Assembly (NCBI GenBank): GCA_963785235.1
Contig: CAWAUM010000001.1
Coordinates: 288,001 to 352,000 of the forward strand
DNA from: an uncultured delta proteobacterium
GTDB taxonomy: Bacteria > Desulfobacterota > Desulfomonilia > UBA1062
Direction of reading: 5' to 3'
DNA: 64,000 bases
Below, piece by piece: positions 20,584 through 31,084 of the stretch. The position numbers were made by a program, and so were the translations under genes. The notes beneath the pieces are model-generated. The model saw only the letters and a program-made list of their open reading frames with translations. It did no database searches and was not told the origin of the DNA. Every line of letters starts with the position of its first letter. The stretch's first letter is position 1.

Positions 20584-21000
20584 CTATTCGATGTCTTTGC
20601 CCGTGCTGGTCATGCTGAGCGCCCCGTGGCGTACACCCTTGACAGAGCGGAGCTCATCGGCAAGTTTCTGGACCTCTCCGGCCTTGCCTTTCACTGCCAC
20701 GATTTCCAGGCAGTTGTGGTGGTCCAGGTGGATATGCTGGGTGGAGATGATGGTGTCCTGATGGTCGTGCTGCAGGTCGGTAAGCTGGCTCGAAAGGCCC
20801 CGCTTGTGATGATCGAAGATGAAGGTGATGGTGCCGGCCACCTCCTGGTCTTCCTCCCACTCGTTTTTGACCAGCTCCTGGCGGATCAGGTCCCTTAGTG
20901 CCTCGGACCGGGTTGCATAGCCTTTTTTCCTGATGAGACGGTCGAACTTATCAAGCAGACTGTCTTCGAGTGATACGCCGAATCTCACGAGTTCTGACAT
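20584..21000 (-). CDS. nikR: Nickel-responsive regulator
   Basis: RFGVSL ribbon, RSEALRDLIR, QHDH, HIHLDHHNCLE. Confidence 0.95.
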   Translation of the reverse strand: MSELVRFGVSLEDSLLDKFDRLIRKKGYATRSEALRDLIRQELVKNEWEEDQEVAGTITFIFDHHKRGLSSQLTDLQHDHQDTIISTQHIHLDHHNCLEIVAVKGKAGEVQKLADELRSVKGVRHGALSMTSTGKDIE

Positions 21001-21153
21001 AACCCACCCACGGTTTATTCTCAGTGCATGGTGCCATAGTGACCCACAGGGAGTCAAACGCTATTCAATTTCGACTTATACTTATGAAAACAGGTATCAT
21101 AATCCGATAGAGAGGAAGAAGCAGACACTGGCACGAAAGGATCTATAAGGGTA

Positions 21154-22623
21154 ATGCCTCCGGAGAACAGTGAAGATAGAACACTGAAGATAAAAAGAGG
21201 GCTCTCGTTGAGGACCAAGGGGCTGCTCTTAGTGGCTTTACTCAATATAATCTCGACGAGTATCTTCTCGGGATATTATTACCATGCCCAGAAATACTCA
21301 ATCATGAAGGATATCGATGACAGGCTCCTCGCAAGTGCCCATGCAATCAGGTATATCCTCCCTGAAGGATATCATGGCAGGATAATCTCCAAGACCTCTA
21401 TCTCCCCTGATGAATATGCAAGCAACATCAACAAGCTTTCGCAATTTTCAAAATATGCCGGAGTTACCTATCTCTATACCATGATGGAGTCAGGGAATAA
21501 AATTGTGTTCACCTCCACGAGCGCCACAAATGAGGAGCTCAAGAAGGGGGCATTTGATCATTTTTTCACTGTTTACGAAGATTCCACCCCGAAGCTGAAA
21601 CAGGCATTGCGAGACCACAAGGTATTCTTTGAAGAATCCCATGATAAATATGGAGACTTCCGATCAGTCTTCGTACCGGTGAGAATGCCTTCTGAAGAGG
21701 TCTATGTAATGGCGGCTGACCTCGACATCCGCTCTATCAGGGTTTTGCTCAACCAGGGTTTGCTTCGTTCACTCATGATAGGTGGATTACTGTTCATACT
21801 ATCCATGGTCGTCTCGGTCGTTTTTTTCAGGCGTTTCACAGGCTTCTTCATAACAAGGGATATATTATCAGGGGTGACGACTTCATCGGGTAAAATCATA
21901 AAGGCGTCCCAGGACATTGTCAGTAACAGCGCCGAACTGGCCTCATACGCCCAGGATCAAAACGAAGTGGTAAGTGAGACATCAAAGACCCTGGAAGACC
22001 TAGCCTTGGTTGTCGGACGCAGCACTGAAGGTTCTGAATCTGTTGAAACAGAACTCAAATCCTTCAATGATACGATTTGCGCCCGGATTGGTCTTATCAA
22101 TGAGATGAACGATTCAATGAGGGAGATCGCTGTATCGAGCGTGAGAATCGAAAAAATTATTGACGTTATGAATGAAATTGCATTCCAGACAAACTTGCTT
22201 GCACTGAATGCCTCAGTGGAGGCTGACAGGGCGGGTGATGCAGGCAAAGGCTTTTCAGTGGTGGCCGAAGAGTTGCGAAATTTTGCCCGCATGACAGCCG
22301 AATCATCACAGGACATAGAACAGCTTGTCCATAAAAATATCGATGCGACCAGAAAGGGTCTGGATCTTGTCACGGAAACATCCGATTTCTTTCAGGTCAT
22401 CAGTGAACATATCACTGTTATCGTGGCTAAGATCTCCGACATAACCCAGATCAGCCTTGAACAGAGTGCCGGCATGGAATATATCAACGCGGCCATAGCA
22501 AGGACAAAGGATATCCTGGAACACAATACCGACCTTGCAGGGATGCTTTCAGAAAGTTCCAGGGAGCTTCAGTCTAGTGTGGTTTCTCTGGAGGAGAGCT
22601 TAGTGTCTCTCAAGGACAAATGA
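21154..22623 (+). CDS. Methyl-accepting chemotaxis protein
   Basis: Two TM segments around a periplasmic domain; IAFQTNLLALNASVEADRAGDAGKGFSVVAEE. Confidence 0.9.
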   Translation: MPPENSEDRTLKIKRGLSLRTKGLLLVALLNIISTSIFSGYYYHAQKYSIMKDIDDRLLASAHAIRYILPEGYHGRIISKTSISPDEYASNINKLSQFSKYAGVTYLYTMMESGNKIVFTSTSATNEELKKGAFDHFFTVYEDSTPKLKQALRDHKVFFEESHDKYGDFRSVFVPVRMPSEEVYVMAADLDIRSIRVLLNQGLLRSLMIGGLLFILSMVVSVVFFRRFTGFFITRDILSGVTTSSGKIIKASQDIVSNSAELASYAQDQNEVVSETSKTLEDLALVVGRSTEGSESVETELKSFNDTICARIGLINEMNDSMREIAVSSVRIEKIIDVMNEIAFQTNLLALNASVEADRAGDAGKGFSVVAEELRNFARMTAESSQDIEQLVHKNIDATRKGLDLVTETSDFFQVISEHITVIVAKISDITQISLEQSAGMEYINAAIARTKDILEHNTDLAGMLSESSRELQSSVVSLEESLVSLKDK

Positions 22624-22654
22624 AATCCTACCCCTGCCATGCGATAATCCGGGT

Positions 22655-22903
22655 TTATTTGGTCTCTTCCCCTTTGGAGATTGTTTTCAATCTGAGAAGA
22701 TTAATTTCAGTCATGGGCTGATACTTCTTTATGAGCTCGCCAATGGCCTCATTTACCAAGAGAGACAGCTCTTTGCCTGTCAGTGCGGAGAGTACGGTCA
22801 AGGCCCTTGCATGACCCTCCTCGATGTAGTAATTCCTTTTAACCAGTGCGCCGGTCGGGTTATTCTTTCTAATTTCAAGTGGTTTTCTTCCTCTTTGCCC
22901 CAT
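22655..22903 (-). CDS. Small protein, possible ribbon-helix-helix DNA-binding fold
   Basis: KRNYYIEE-strand, helix, GKELSLLVNEAIGELIKKY pattern; weak RBS. Confidence 0.5.
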   Translation of the reverse strand: MGQRGRKPLEIRKNNPTGALVKRNYYIEEGHARALTVLSALTGKELSLLVNEAIGELIKKYQPMTEINLLRLKTISKGEETK

Positions 22904-23014
22904 GCAATCCTCGCTGAAAATTTATTTGTAATGCTAATAAATACTGACTCTTGATACCTAAACCACATCATAACAAACAGGTACTCTTGTAAATAGAACA
23001 ATTTCAAAACTAAG

Positions 23015-23086
23015 AGGCGGCAACCGGATTTGAACCGGTGAATAACGGTTTTGCAGACCGTCGCCTTACCACTTGGCTATGCCGCC
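23015..23086 (-). tRNA. tRNA-Cys(GCA), CCA not encoded
   Basis: GGCGGCATAGCCAAGTGGTAAGGCG-ACGGT-CT-GCA-AA-ACCGT...GGTTCAAATCCGGTTGCCGCCT. Confidence 0.95.
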
Positions 23087-23133
23087 TTAGTCCCGAAGAA
23101 CCTACTTGGTATACCGGGGTGACCCATGAAAAG

Positions 23134-24117
23134 TCAAGACTCAGTATGTGTCCCGGACTTACTCATGAGTGTTTCTTTTCTCCTGTTGAGGACATATTCC
23201 TTGAAGTCCAGCTTCTTTCTGATGACCTTTCTCATGTCGGAGCGCTTGAGCCATCTGCTGTATTGCCAGAACCAAAACTCCGGGTGTTCCCCGGCAACAG
23301 AAGCCACCCAGGACTGCATGAAGTCACTCAGTTTCTGTATGGCCTCATCCCCATCACCGAACTGTGCTGCATCTACAGCCTTGGCAAAGTACCAGTGATA
23401 GGCGCCTTTTTGCTTAATGGCATAGGCCGGCATTATCAGGGCATTCCCTTTGAGTGCTATGGAGGCTGGTGCGGATTTGGAAGGCGCAGGCAGGCCGAAG
23501 ATATCGCAGAACAGGTCATCTTTCTGGTCGCCACGCATGTCAATGACCATGCCGATGGTCTTGCCCTTTCTCAGTTCATTAATAAGCAGGTGAAACGTGC
23601 CCGTGGGCGGCAGGATGGTGGCCCCACAGCGGACCCGGATATCGTTCACTATTACCTCGAGCTTCGGATCTTTGCGGATATCAGCCATGATGCAAAACTG
23701 GGTGCCCATAACCTTATTCATATGGCCCATGACTTCCCAGTTGCTGATATGGCCCGTTATCATCATGACGCCGCGGCCCGAGGCCTGGGCCTCATCCATG
23801 TGCTCCTTGCCCTCCACCACAATCCTGCTTCTGATCTCTTCATCACTCATGAATGCATATCGGATCGTGTCAACCATCATCTCGGTCCAGTTCATGAACA
23901 TCTTCAGCACAAGCCGCCACGGGTTTTCAATGCCAAGGGCGGAGCGTATCTGGATCGTGGCGACCTTCCTGTGGAATGGGTCTACGAGCCAGACGATTAT
24001 GCCGATAAATCGAAAAAGATGTATGACGAGGTTATAGGGCAGGCACCGGATGAGCCTGATCATTGCGCGTATAGCCAGATACGGTATTTCCTTAAGAAGA
24101 GGGAGTAAGGATTTCAT
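23134..24117 (-). CDS. Lipid A late acyltransferase (LpxL/HtrB family), paralog 2
   Basis: GHISNWE, DIFGLPA, PEFWFWQYSRW. Confidence 0.85.
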   Translation of the reverse strand: MKSLLPLLKEIPYLAIRAMIRLIRCLPYNLVIHLFRFIGIIVWLVDPFHRKVATIQIRSALGIENPWRLVLKMFMNWTEMMVDTIRYAFMSDEEIRSRIVVEGKEHMDEAQASGRGVMMITGHISNWEVMGHMNKVMGTQFCIMADIRKDPKLEVIVNDIRVRCGATILPPTGTFHLLINELRKGKTIGMVIDMRGDQKDDLFCDIFGLPAPSKSAPASIALKGNALIMPAYAIKQKGAYHWYFAKAVDAAQFGDGDEAIQKLSDFMQSWVASVAGEHPEFWFWQYSRWLKRSDMRKVIRKKLDFKEYVLNRRKETLMSKSGTHTES

Positions 24118-25085
24118 GGTTTCTTCCTTTGTGCCTTAATTTCTTCGGCCTGGGCTTTTGTAAATTCCCGAAGGTCGTTATCGGTCTTGATGGTCTTGGC
24201 GAAGTGTCTGCGTTTCACCCATCTGCTGTGGAGCCAGAACCACTGATCAGGATACCTATCCACTACCTTTTCCACCCAGGTGTGCATGAAGTCGGAGAGA
24301 TCCTGGATTGCATCATGTCCGACCCCGAAATCCGCGCTATCCACGGCCTTGTCGATATGGATATGGTAGGTTCCATGGAGCTTCACGATGTATGCGCCTA
24401 GGACAAGGGAGCCCCCTTTTATGGCAATGAATGCGGGTGCAGGGTTGGTCAGGGCGGGCATGCCGAAGAAGTTGCAGAGGATGCCGTCTCTGCGCCTGCC
24501 GCGCTGGTCTATGATCATGGCGATGGTGCGTCCCTTTTTCAGCTCCTTTATGAGCATGAGGGCCTTGCCCTTGGGGGGAAGGATAGTGGCCCCTGAGCGG
24601 GCTCTAAGGTTGTCGATGATGGATTCAAGCCGTTCATCCTTGCGTATGTCGGCCATAACGCAGAACTCAATGTTCAGAAGCCTCGATATGTGCGAGAGGA
24701 CCTCCCAGTTCCCGATGTGGCCGGTGAACATCATGAGGCCCCTGCCGGTCGATAAGGCCTCGTCGAGGTTCTCTTTCCCCTCCACCACGACTTTTGCCCT
24801 GATCTCGTCATCGCTCATGTATGCATATTTTATGGTGTCAACCAGGATATCCCCCTGGTTCATGAACACCTTCATCACGAGACGCCATGGATTATTCAGG
24901 CCAAGGGCAGTGCTCATCTGGATCTTTACGATCTTGCGGCGAACAGGCATGAAGAGCCACACCAGGAGCATGATTAACCTGCCAAGAGCTATGGCTGCAT
25001 GGTACGGCATGGCCAGAATAATCCTGATCATGGCCTGTGTCCCATAGTATTGGATGGCGCTTGATGTCTTTTCAAGAAAGCTCAT
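24114..25085 (-). CDS. Lipid A late acyltransferase (LpxL/HtrB family), paralog 1
   Basis: GHIGNWE, DQRG, FFGMPA, YPDQWFWLHSRW. Confidence 0.88.
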   Translation of the reverse strand: MSFLEKTSSAIQYYGTQAMIRIILAMPYHAAIALGRLIMLLVWLFMPVRRKIVKIQMSTALGLNNPWRLVMKVFMNQGDILVDTIKYAYMSDDEIRAKVVVEGKENLDEALSTGRGLMMFTGHIGNWEVLSHISRLLNIEFCVMADIRKDERLESIIDNLRARSGATILPPKGKALMLIKELKKGRTIAMIIDQRGRRRDGILCNFFGMPALTNPAPAFIAIKGGSLVLGAYIVKLHGTYHIHIDKAVDSADFGVGHDAIQDLSDFMHTWVEKVVDRYPDQWFWLHSRWVKRRHFAKTIKTDNDLREFTKAQAEEIKAQRKKP

Positions 25086-25651
25086 GGCATCATGTCCTTT
25101 AGTATCCGACTTACCGCATCCTTTATGCCGGCTGCCCTATAATCCGCTTTTGCCTCAATAGCCATATCATTTTCCGTGCCCACAAGGATACCCCTGCCGC
25201 CCACCTTGTGTATGGTCTCCATGTCGATGGGCTTGTCCCCTACCAGGTAACAGTTCTTCAGATCAAGTCCGAAGTCCTGGGCAGCCCGGAGCAGCAGCCC
25301 TGGCTGGGGCTTCCGGCATGTGCATGCAAGACGGTACTCTTCAACGACCCCGTCCGGGTGGTGGGGGCAATAGTAGATGGCATCGATCCTCGCCCCATGC
25401 CCGGAAAGAAGGGCCGTCAGCCTCTTGTGGATCGCCTCGAGGGTTTCCTCTGTGAAAAACCCCCTAGCAATGCCGGATTGATTGGTGATGATGATTGCCG
25501 GGATGCCCGACTCATTGAGAGCACGGACAGCCTCTGGAGCCCCCGGCAGTATATGGATGCCGTCAGGGTCGCTCAGGTATCCCGGATCTCTGATGATGGT
25601 GTCATCCCTGTCCAGGAAAACAGCGGTTGTCGGCCTTGCGTTCGATCTCAT
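25082..25651 (-). CDS. gmhB: D-glycero-manno-heptose 1,7-bisphosphate phosphatase
   Basis: FLDRDDT, TNQSGIARG, CPHHP...CTCRKPQPG, VGDK. Confidence 0.88.
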   Translation of the reverse strand: MRSNARPTTAVFLDRDDTIIRDPGYLSDPDGIHILPGAPEAVRALNESGIPAIIITNQSGIARGFFTEETLEAIHKRLTALLSGHGARIDAIYYCPHHPDGVVEEYRLACTCRKPQPGLLLRAAQDFGLDLKNCYLVGDKPIDMETIHKVGGRGILVGTENDMAIEAKADYRAAGIKDAVSRILKDMMP

Positions 25652-26604
25652 CTATAAGCCCTGCCAGTCCAGGCATTTCAATGCCTACACGTACGGCATA
25701 CAGCTTGTCTGACTCTGCTGTAAACCATGCCGTATCGATCTTCACCAGGTCCTTCTCCGTAGTCAGTATCAGGTCAGCGCCTGAAGCTCTGTCCAAAATC
25801 TCTTTTGCATCCGGGGCAGTATAGCAATGATGATCTTGATAGGCAAGCCGCTCAACTACAGCGCCGAGCTGCTCCAGCATGGTAAAGAAGTGATCCGGCC
25901 TGCCGATGGCGCAGAAGGCCAGTATCCGCTTGCCTTCAAGAAGGCGAAGATCCGAGGTATTTCCCTTAGTATCGACCAGTACCAATGGTTTAAGCACGGC
26001 CTTGAGTCCTTCATGGTCAGCCCCTTTCATGGCGATAATGATATCGGCACGGGACAGGCAGGAGCCCTGTTCACGGAGCCGGCCCGCCGGCAGGAGCCTC
26101 TCGCGGGTTATGTCTGTGCCCACCAGGACAATGTCCAGGTCGCGGTGAAGCCTGCGGTGCTGGAATCCGTCGTCTAAGATGATGATCTCGGCGCCGAGAT
26201 GCACATAGGCAAACAGTGCACCCCTGAGGCGGTCAGGGCTCTTGATGACAGGCACTTTCATGAGCCGGGCCATGAGCAGTGCTTCATCACCTACTTCTTC
26301 GTTTCGGTGCTGCGGCGTAACGATCATAGGCCCTTGGAGTCTACCCTTGTACCCGCGCGTCACGATGGCAACCTTGCGGCCCCTGTGAATAGAGCTCATT
26401 TGCCAGGGCCATGGTAAAGGGGGTCTTGCCCGTGCCGCCTGCCTCGATATTACCCACGCTCACTACAAGCAAAGGCGCCCTGTATGACTTCAGGATGCCT
26501 GCGTCGTACAGTGTGTTGCGGGTCTTTACAACGGCGCCATAGATCAGCGCCAGTCCTTTAAGGATTCCCGAACTGAAGGGCATAAAGCCTCGCATAGTGG
26601 CCAT
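25602..26604 (-). CDS. lpxK: Tetraacyldisaccharide 4'-kinase; one apparent frameshift (~26381)
   Basis: SVGNIEAGGTGKTP in one frame; TRGYKG, GDEA, LDDGFQH, LLPAGRLRE, TTEKD in the next. Confidence 0.88.
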
Positions 26605-28294
26605 CTTTTTTCAAAAGCTCATGATGGGTTCCCTGCTCCACGATCCGGCCATGGCTGAGCACGATGATCTCATCAGCGCCTACTATGGTGGAGAGGCGGT
26701 GGGCTATCACCAGGGAGGTCCTGCCTTTCATGAGCCTATCCAGAGCCGCCTGGACCTCTCGTTCCGACTCTGTGTCCAGCGCCGAAGTTGCCTCATCCAG
26801 GATGAGGATCGGTGCGTTCTTGATTATCGCCCTTGCTATGCACAGTCTCTGGCGCTGGCCGCCCGAAAGCCTCACCCCGCTCTCACCCACCACGGTGTCA
26901 TACCCATCCTTGAGGCCCAAGATAAACTCATGGGCATTCGCTGCCTTGGCTGCCTCACGGATCTCTTCCATGGACGATCTCTGGGTGCCGTAGGCAATAT
27001 TGGCGCTGATAGTGTCATTGAACAGGATCATCTCCTGGGTTACCATGGCGATGTTCTCGCGCAGCGACTTAAGGGTTACATCCCTGATATCCGTCCCTGA
27101 CACAAGTATGGACCCCTTGCTCACATCAAAGAAGCGGGGCAGCAGGTTTGCGATGGTGGACTTGCCGGAGCCCGATTCCCCCACAAGGGCCAGCTGCTTG
27201 CCCTTGACGGCGGTAAAGCTGATGTCTTCCAATGCATAGCACTGGTCTGAAGAATAACTGAACCATACGTTCCTCAGCTCAAAATCTCCATCCACGCGCG
27301 GCAGGGTAATACCGCCGGGTTTTTCAACGATCTCAGGCGTGGTATCTAAAAGCTCGAAGATCCTCTTTGAGGCTGCGATGCCTTCCTGGATTTCGATGTT
27401 CACTTTGTTGAGCTTGCGGATCGGCGCATAGAGCATGGACAAGCCGGTGAGGAAGGACATGAAGTCACCCGGCGTCAAGGACCCGCTGATAACCTTCATA
27501 CCCCCATACCAGAGAAGGAAGGCCATGCTGATGCCGCCGATGAGCTCCAGGAGGGGCCCGGAGAGAGCTCGGACGGAGACCCTCTTCATCCAGTTCTTGT
27601 AATAAATTCGGTTCTCCTCGGAGAAGCGCGCAGTTTCATACTCCTCCATATTATATGCCTTTACGATCCTGATGCCGCTGATGGCCTCGTCCAGAATGCT
27701 CATGACATTGCCCATGACCTTCATGCTCTTGGTGGAGTAGCGCTTCAGCCTCTGGCCGAACTTGCTGATGGGATAGATGACCAAAGGGAATACGAACATG
27801 GCGATGATGGCAAGCCTCCAGTCACGCCAGAATACCACGGTGATAAGGCCCATGAGTGTCAGAGACTGACGGATAAACTCGGTGACCGACTCAGTGACCG
27901 AGAGCTGCACCATATTCACGTCATTGGTGATCCTGCTGATAAGGGTGCCTGTGGTGGTCCTGATGAAATAGGGCATGGAAAGGGTCTGTATGTGGTTGTA
28001 GAGCCTGTCCCTGATGTCCCTTATAACGCTCTGGCCCACATCGTTCATGTTATAGTAGCTGAAGTAGTCGCATATGCTCTTAATGAGGTAGATGATAATC
28101 ACGGCCATAGCCATAAGGCTGAGCCAGAACTGGTCCTTGGCGATAAAGACCTTGTCCATGACATATTTCACCAACAGCGCTATGGCAGGCATGGCCCCTG
28201 CGACAATAGTCGTGAGGATAAGCGAGATCATGAGCTTCACCCGGTAGGGCTTGATGAAAGAAAGCAGTCTGCGGTAAATGCCCAGGTTGGTCAT
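26558..28294 (-). CDS. msbA: Lipid A flippase ABC transporter
   Basis: TMD plus NBD ([33 protein letters not shown]) between lpxB and lpxK. Confidence 0.9.
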   Translation of the reverse strand: MTNLGIYRRLLSFIKPYRVKLMISLILTTIVAGAMPAIALLVKYVMDKVFIAKDQFWLSLMAMAVIIIYLIKSICDYFSYYNMNDVGQSVIRDIRDRLYNHIQTLSMPYFIRTTTGTLISRITNDVNMVQLSVTESVTEFIRQSLTLMGLITVVFWRDWRLAIIAMFVFPLVIYPISKFGQRLKRYSTKSMKVMGNVMSILDEAISGIRIVKAYNMEEYETARFSEENRIYYKNWMKRVSVRALSGPLLELIGGISMAFLLWYGGMKVISGSLTPGDFMSFLTGLSMLYAPIRKLNKVNIEIQEGIAASKRIFELLDTTPEIVEKPGGITLPRVDGDFELRNVWFSYSSDQCYALEDISFTAVKGKQLALVGESGSGKSTIANLLPRFFDVSKGSILVSGTDIRDVTLKSLRENIAMVTQEMILFNDTISANIAYGTQRSSMEEIREAAKAANAHEFILGLKDGYDTVVGESGVRLSGGQRQRLCIARAIIKNAPILILDEATSALDTESEREVQAALDRLMKGRTSLVIAHRLSTIVGADEIIVLSHGRIVEQGTHHELLKKDGHYARLYALQFGNP

Positions 28295-29388
28295 GGAGCC
28301 TCCAGCAGCTCCTGTGCCCAGGCAGCCACGTGTATGGAAGCCTTCTTGTCGCCGAGTAATTGCCTCATGTCATGATATGAGCGCCCCGTGGCTTCAAAGA
28401 ATCCCTCATCATCCAGATACCTACACAAGGTACGTGCGAGGTCCTGCGCGGTAAGGTGTCCCTGGATGAGCTCCGGAACGATTACTTTGCCTGCAATGAT
28501 ATTGGGCATGCCGATATGATCGATCTTCACAAAGGTCCGTGCAAGGAAATAATTTACCAACGACGTCCTGTAGCAGATGACCTCGGGGACGCCCCGGAAG
28601 GCCATTTCCAACGATGATGTACCGGACTTTACCATGGCCAGATCCACATCCGGTAACGTTTCTTCAAGGCTGACGTCTTTGTCCACCATGTCTGTGATGG
28701 CATGTATATCGAGCCCTTTTGCCACCGGCAGGTGCCAGCTTAAGTCCGGGTGCTTTTCTGAGATAATGCGTTTCGCATCCATCATAATGGGTAGGATCTT
28801 GGTTATTTCATGATACCTGCTGCCCGGCATGATACCGATGCGTTTGGGTGGCCAGGAGGCCTTCCAGGAAGAACCCGCGGCTTCGGCCTCTACAAACGGA
28901 TGGCCTACATATCGTGTATTCACTCCCGATGATGTAAAAAAATTCTCCTCAAAGGGAAAGATCACGGCCAGGCCGTCTGTGACCCTGGCGAGTGTCTTGG
29001 CCCGGCCACGTCTCCATGCCCATGCCTGTGGTGCAATATAGTACAGGACGTTTAAGTTTTTTGCCTTGGCATACCGGGCAAGTCGCATATTGAAATCAGG
29101 CAGATCAACAGGGATGAAGAGGCCTGGCCTTCTCTCATCCATGAGCTGCTTGATCCCTCTATAGACCTTGATGATCTGAAAAATCTTAGGGATGACATCC
29201 GTGAATCCCATGACCGAGAGCTCGTCCATGCCGAAGATGCATTCCATACCGGCTTTGGCCATCTCGGGGCCGCCCATGCCGAATATTTCGGCATACGGCA
29301 TGAGCTTCCTGATGGCCCTGATTACGTGTGAGGCATGGCTGTCTGCGCTTGCCTCTCCTGCAACCATGAGGATCTTCTGCGTGGTCAT
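28291..29388 (-). CDS. lpxB: Lipid A disaccharide synthase
   Basis: AGEASAD, DLPDFN, APQAWAWR, FPFE, VGHP, PGSR, KSGT, VPELIQ. Confidence 0.93.
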   Translation of the reverse strand: MTTQKILMVAGEASADSHASHVIRAIRKLMPYAEIFGMGGPEMAKAGMECIFGMDELSVMGFTDVIPKIFQIIKVYRGIKQLMDERRPGLFIPVDLPDFNMRLARYAKAKNLNVLYYIAPQAWAWRRGRAKTLARVTDGLAVIFPFEENFFTSSGVNTRYVGHPFVEAEAAGSSWKASWPPKRIGIMPGSRYHEITKILPIMMDAKRIISEKHPDLSWHLPVAKGLDIHAITDMVDKDVSLEETLPDVDLAMVKSGTSSLEMAFRGVPEVICYRTSLVNYFLARTFVKIDHIGMPNIIAGKVIVPELIQGHLTAQDLARTLCRYLDDEGFFEATGRSYHDMRQLLGDKKASIHVAAWAQELLEAP

Positions 29389-30311
29389 CTCGTGGGTACT
29401 ATAAGGGCATTTTTGATGGCATATGCCATTTCAAGGGCCTTTAGCCCTGCTGTACCGTCCACCACGACAGGGCTGCCGTGGAGCGCTGCGTCCACGAAGG
29501 AACGGATTTCGGAGGCAAGGGCGTCCGATTCTGATATGGCAATGTGCTTGTGTTGTATTTCCCGTGATTCATTCAATGTATAGACATCCACCTTGGCCTT
29601 GGCAAAATCCAGCGAGATATAGGAGTCCGGCTGGAAGATCCTTATCTTGCGCATCACCTCGGCGCTCACCCTGCTGGCCGTAATGTTGGCGATACAGCCG
29701 GATTCAAAACGCAGCCTGGCGTTGGCAATGTCGACAGAGTCCGTGAGCACCGGCACACCAATGGCTTCCAAGGAGGCAACTTTCGAGTCAACAAGGGAAA
29801 GGATGATGTCCAGATCATGGATCATGATGTCAAGGACCGCATCTACATCCGTACCGCGGGCCCTGAACGGGCTGATCCGGTGGGCCTCAATGAACATGGG
29901 TTTTGTTATGCTGCCGCTCAGCTCAAGCAATGCCGGGTTGAAGCGCTCCAGGTGCCCGATCTGGAGGATGGCGCTGCCGGTTTGCGAGGCGGCGATAATG
30001 GCAGATGCCTCATCGAGTCTCCCTGCAACCGGTTTTTCAAGCAACACTGCCACCCCGGCCTCAAGCAAGGGTATGGCCACCTCTGCATGCCTGGAAGTGG
30101 GGACTGCGACACTGGCGGCGTCGATCATGCCTTTGACTGCCTCCACAGATGTGTAAAAGTCAGTGCCTACCTCGCCGGCTACCTCTTGGGCCCTTGCCTT
30201 GTCGATGTCTACGACACCCACAAGCTCGACATTTTCCAATGCGGCAAATTTTTGGGCGTGGAATCGCCCCAGGTATCCCACCCCGATCACTGCAACCTTG
30301 AGTTTTTTCAC
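29385..30311 (-). CDS. Gfo/Idh/MocA oxidoreductase, GnnA-like (UDP-GlcNAc 3-dehydrogenase candidate)
   Basis: GVGYLGRFHA, LEKP, GHLERFNP, DIMIHDLD, TASRVS; located between lpxA and lpxB; GTG start. Confidence 0.8.
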   Translation of the reverse strand: MKKLKVAVIGVGYLGRFHAQKFAALENVELVGVVDIDKARAQEVAGEVGTDFYTSVEAVKGMIDAASVAVPTSRHAEVAIPLLEAGVAVLLEKPVAGRLDEASAIIAASQTGSAILQIGHLERFNPALLELSGSITKPMFIEAHRISPFRARGTDVDAVLDIMIHDLDIILSLVDSKVASLEAIGVPVLTDSVDIANARLRFESGCIANITASRVSAEVMRKIRIFQPDSYISLDFAKAKVDVYTLNESREIQHKHIAISESDALASEIRSFVDAALHGSPVVVDGTAGLKALEMAYAIKNALIVPTR

Positions 30312-31084
30312 CTGGTGATACCTCTGCGTGTAGATGTGAGAAATGCGATCAGCCGTGAGATTTCTTCGGCCCCTTGAAATTCCTGTTCGAGTACAGCCAA
30401 CGCATCCTTCAGGAGAAGGCCTTGTTTGAACAGGATACTGTAAGCCTTTGTGATCCGCGCCATCTGCTCCTTGGTAAATCCGTTTCTCTTGAGCCCTATG
30501 GTATTCATGCCGTAAAGCCTTGCCCTGTCACCTGATGCCTTGGCATAGGGTGGGATGTCCAGGCTCACCATGGAACCTCCGCCCAGGATGGCAAAGGCGC
30601 CTACACGCGTAAACTGGTGGATGGCGGAAAGACCGCCGATGATGGCATTGTCATGGATCTCCACATGGCCTGCGAGTGTTGCGAGGTTTCCCATGACCAC
30701 ATGGCTGCCCACGATGCAGTCATGGCCCACGTGGCAGTAAGCCATAAGGAGGTTGTTGCTGCCGATGGTGGTTACATGTTTATCTTTGGTGGTGCCCCGG
30801 TTCAGTGTCACGAATTCGCGGAATGTATTGTTGTCGCCGATGACAAGCCTTGTCTCTTCACCCCGGTATGAATGGTCCTGGGGCGGTGTGCCGACGCTGG
30901 CGTATCCTGTGAAGGTGCACCCTTTCCCGATTGAAGTGGGGCCTTCAATCATGCAATAAGGGCCTATAAAGGTGCCTTCGCCGATCTGTACCTTGTCCCC
31001 GATGAGCGCAAACGGCGCAACCGTTACGTTTTCGGCCAAAATGGCCCCTGGTGAGACGCTGGCGGTAGAGTCAATCCTTGACAA
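30308..31084 (-). CDS. lpxA: UDP-N-acetylglucosamine acyltransferase
   Basis: Hexapeptide repeats, PQD, HVGHDC, IHQF, GLKRNGF. Confidence 0.95.
   Translation of the reverse strand: MSRIDSTASVSPGAILAENVTVAPFALIGDKVQIGEGTFIGPYCMIEGPTSIGKGCTFTGYASVGTPPQDHSYRGEETRLVIGDNNTFREFVTLNRGTTKDKHVTTIGSNNLLMAYCHVGHDCIVGSHVVMGNLATLAGHVEIHDNAIIGGLSAIHQFTRVGAFAILGGGSMVSLDIPPYAKASGDRARLYGMNTIGLKRNGFTKEQMARITKAYSILFKQGLLLKDALAVLEQEFQGAEEISRLIAFLTSTRRGITR

Noticed and set aside
23038-24108. Long antisense ORFs (this one, 3887-4960, 56007-57089 and others)
   Set aside because: They are shadows of well-supported genes on the opposite strand, with no recognisable motifs
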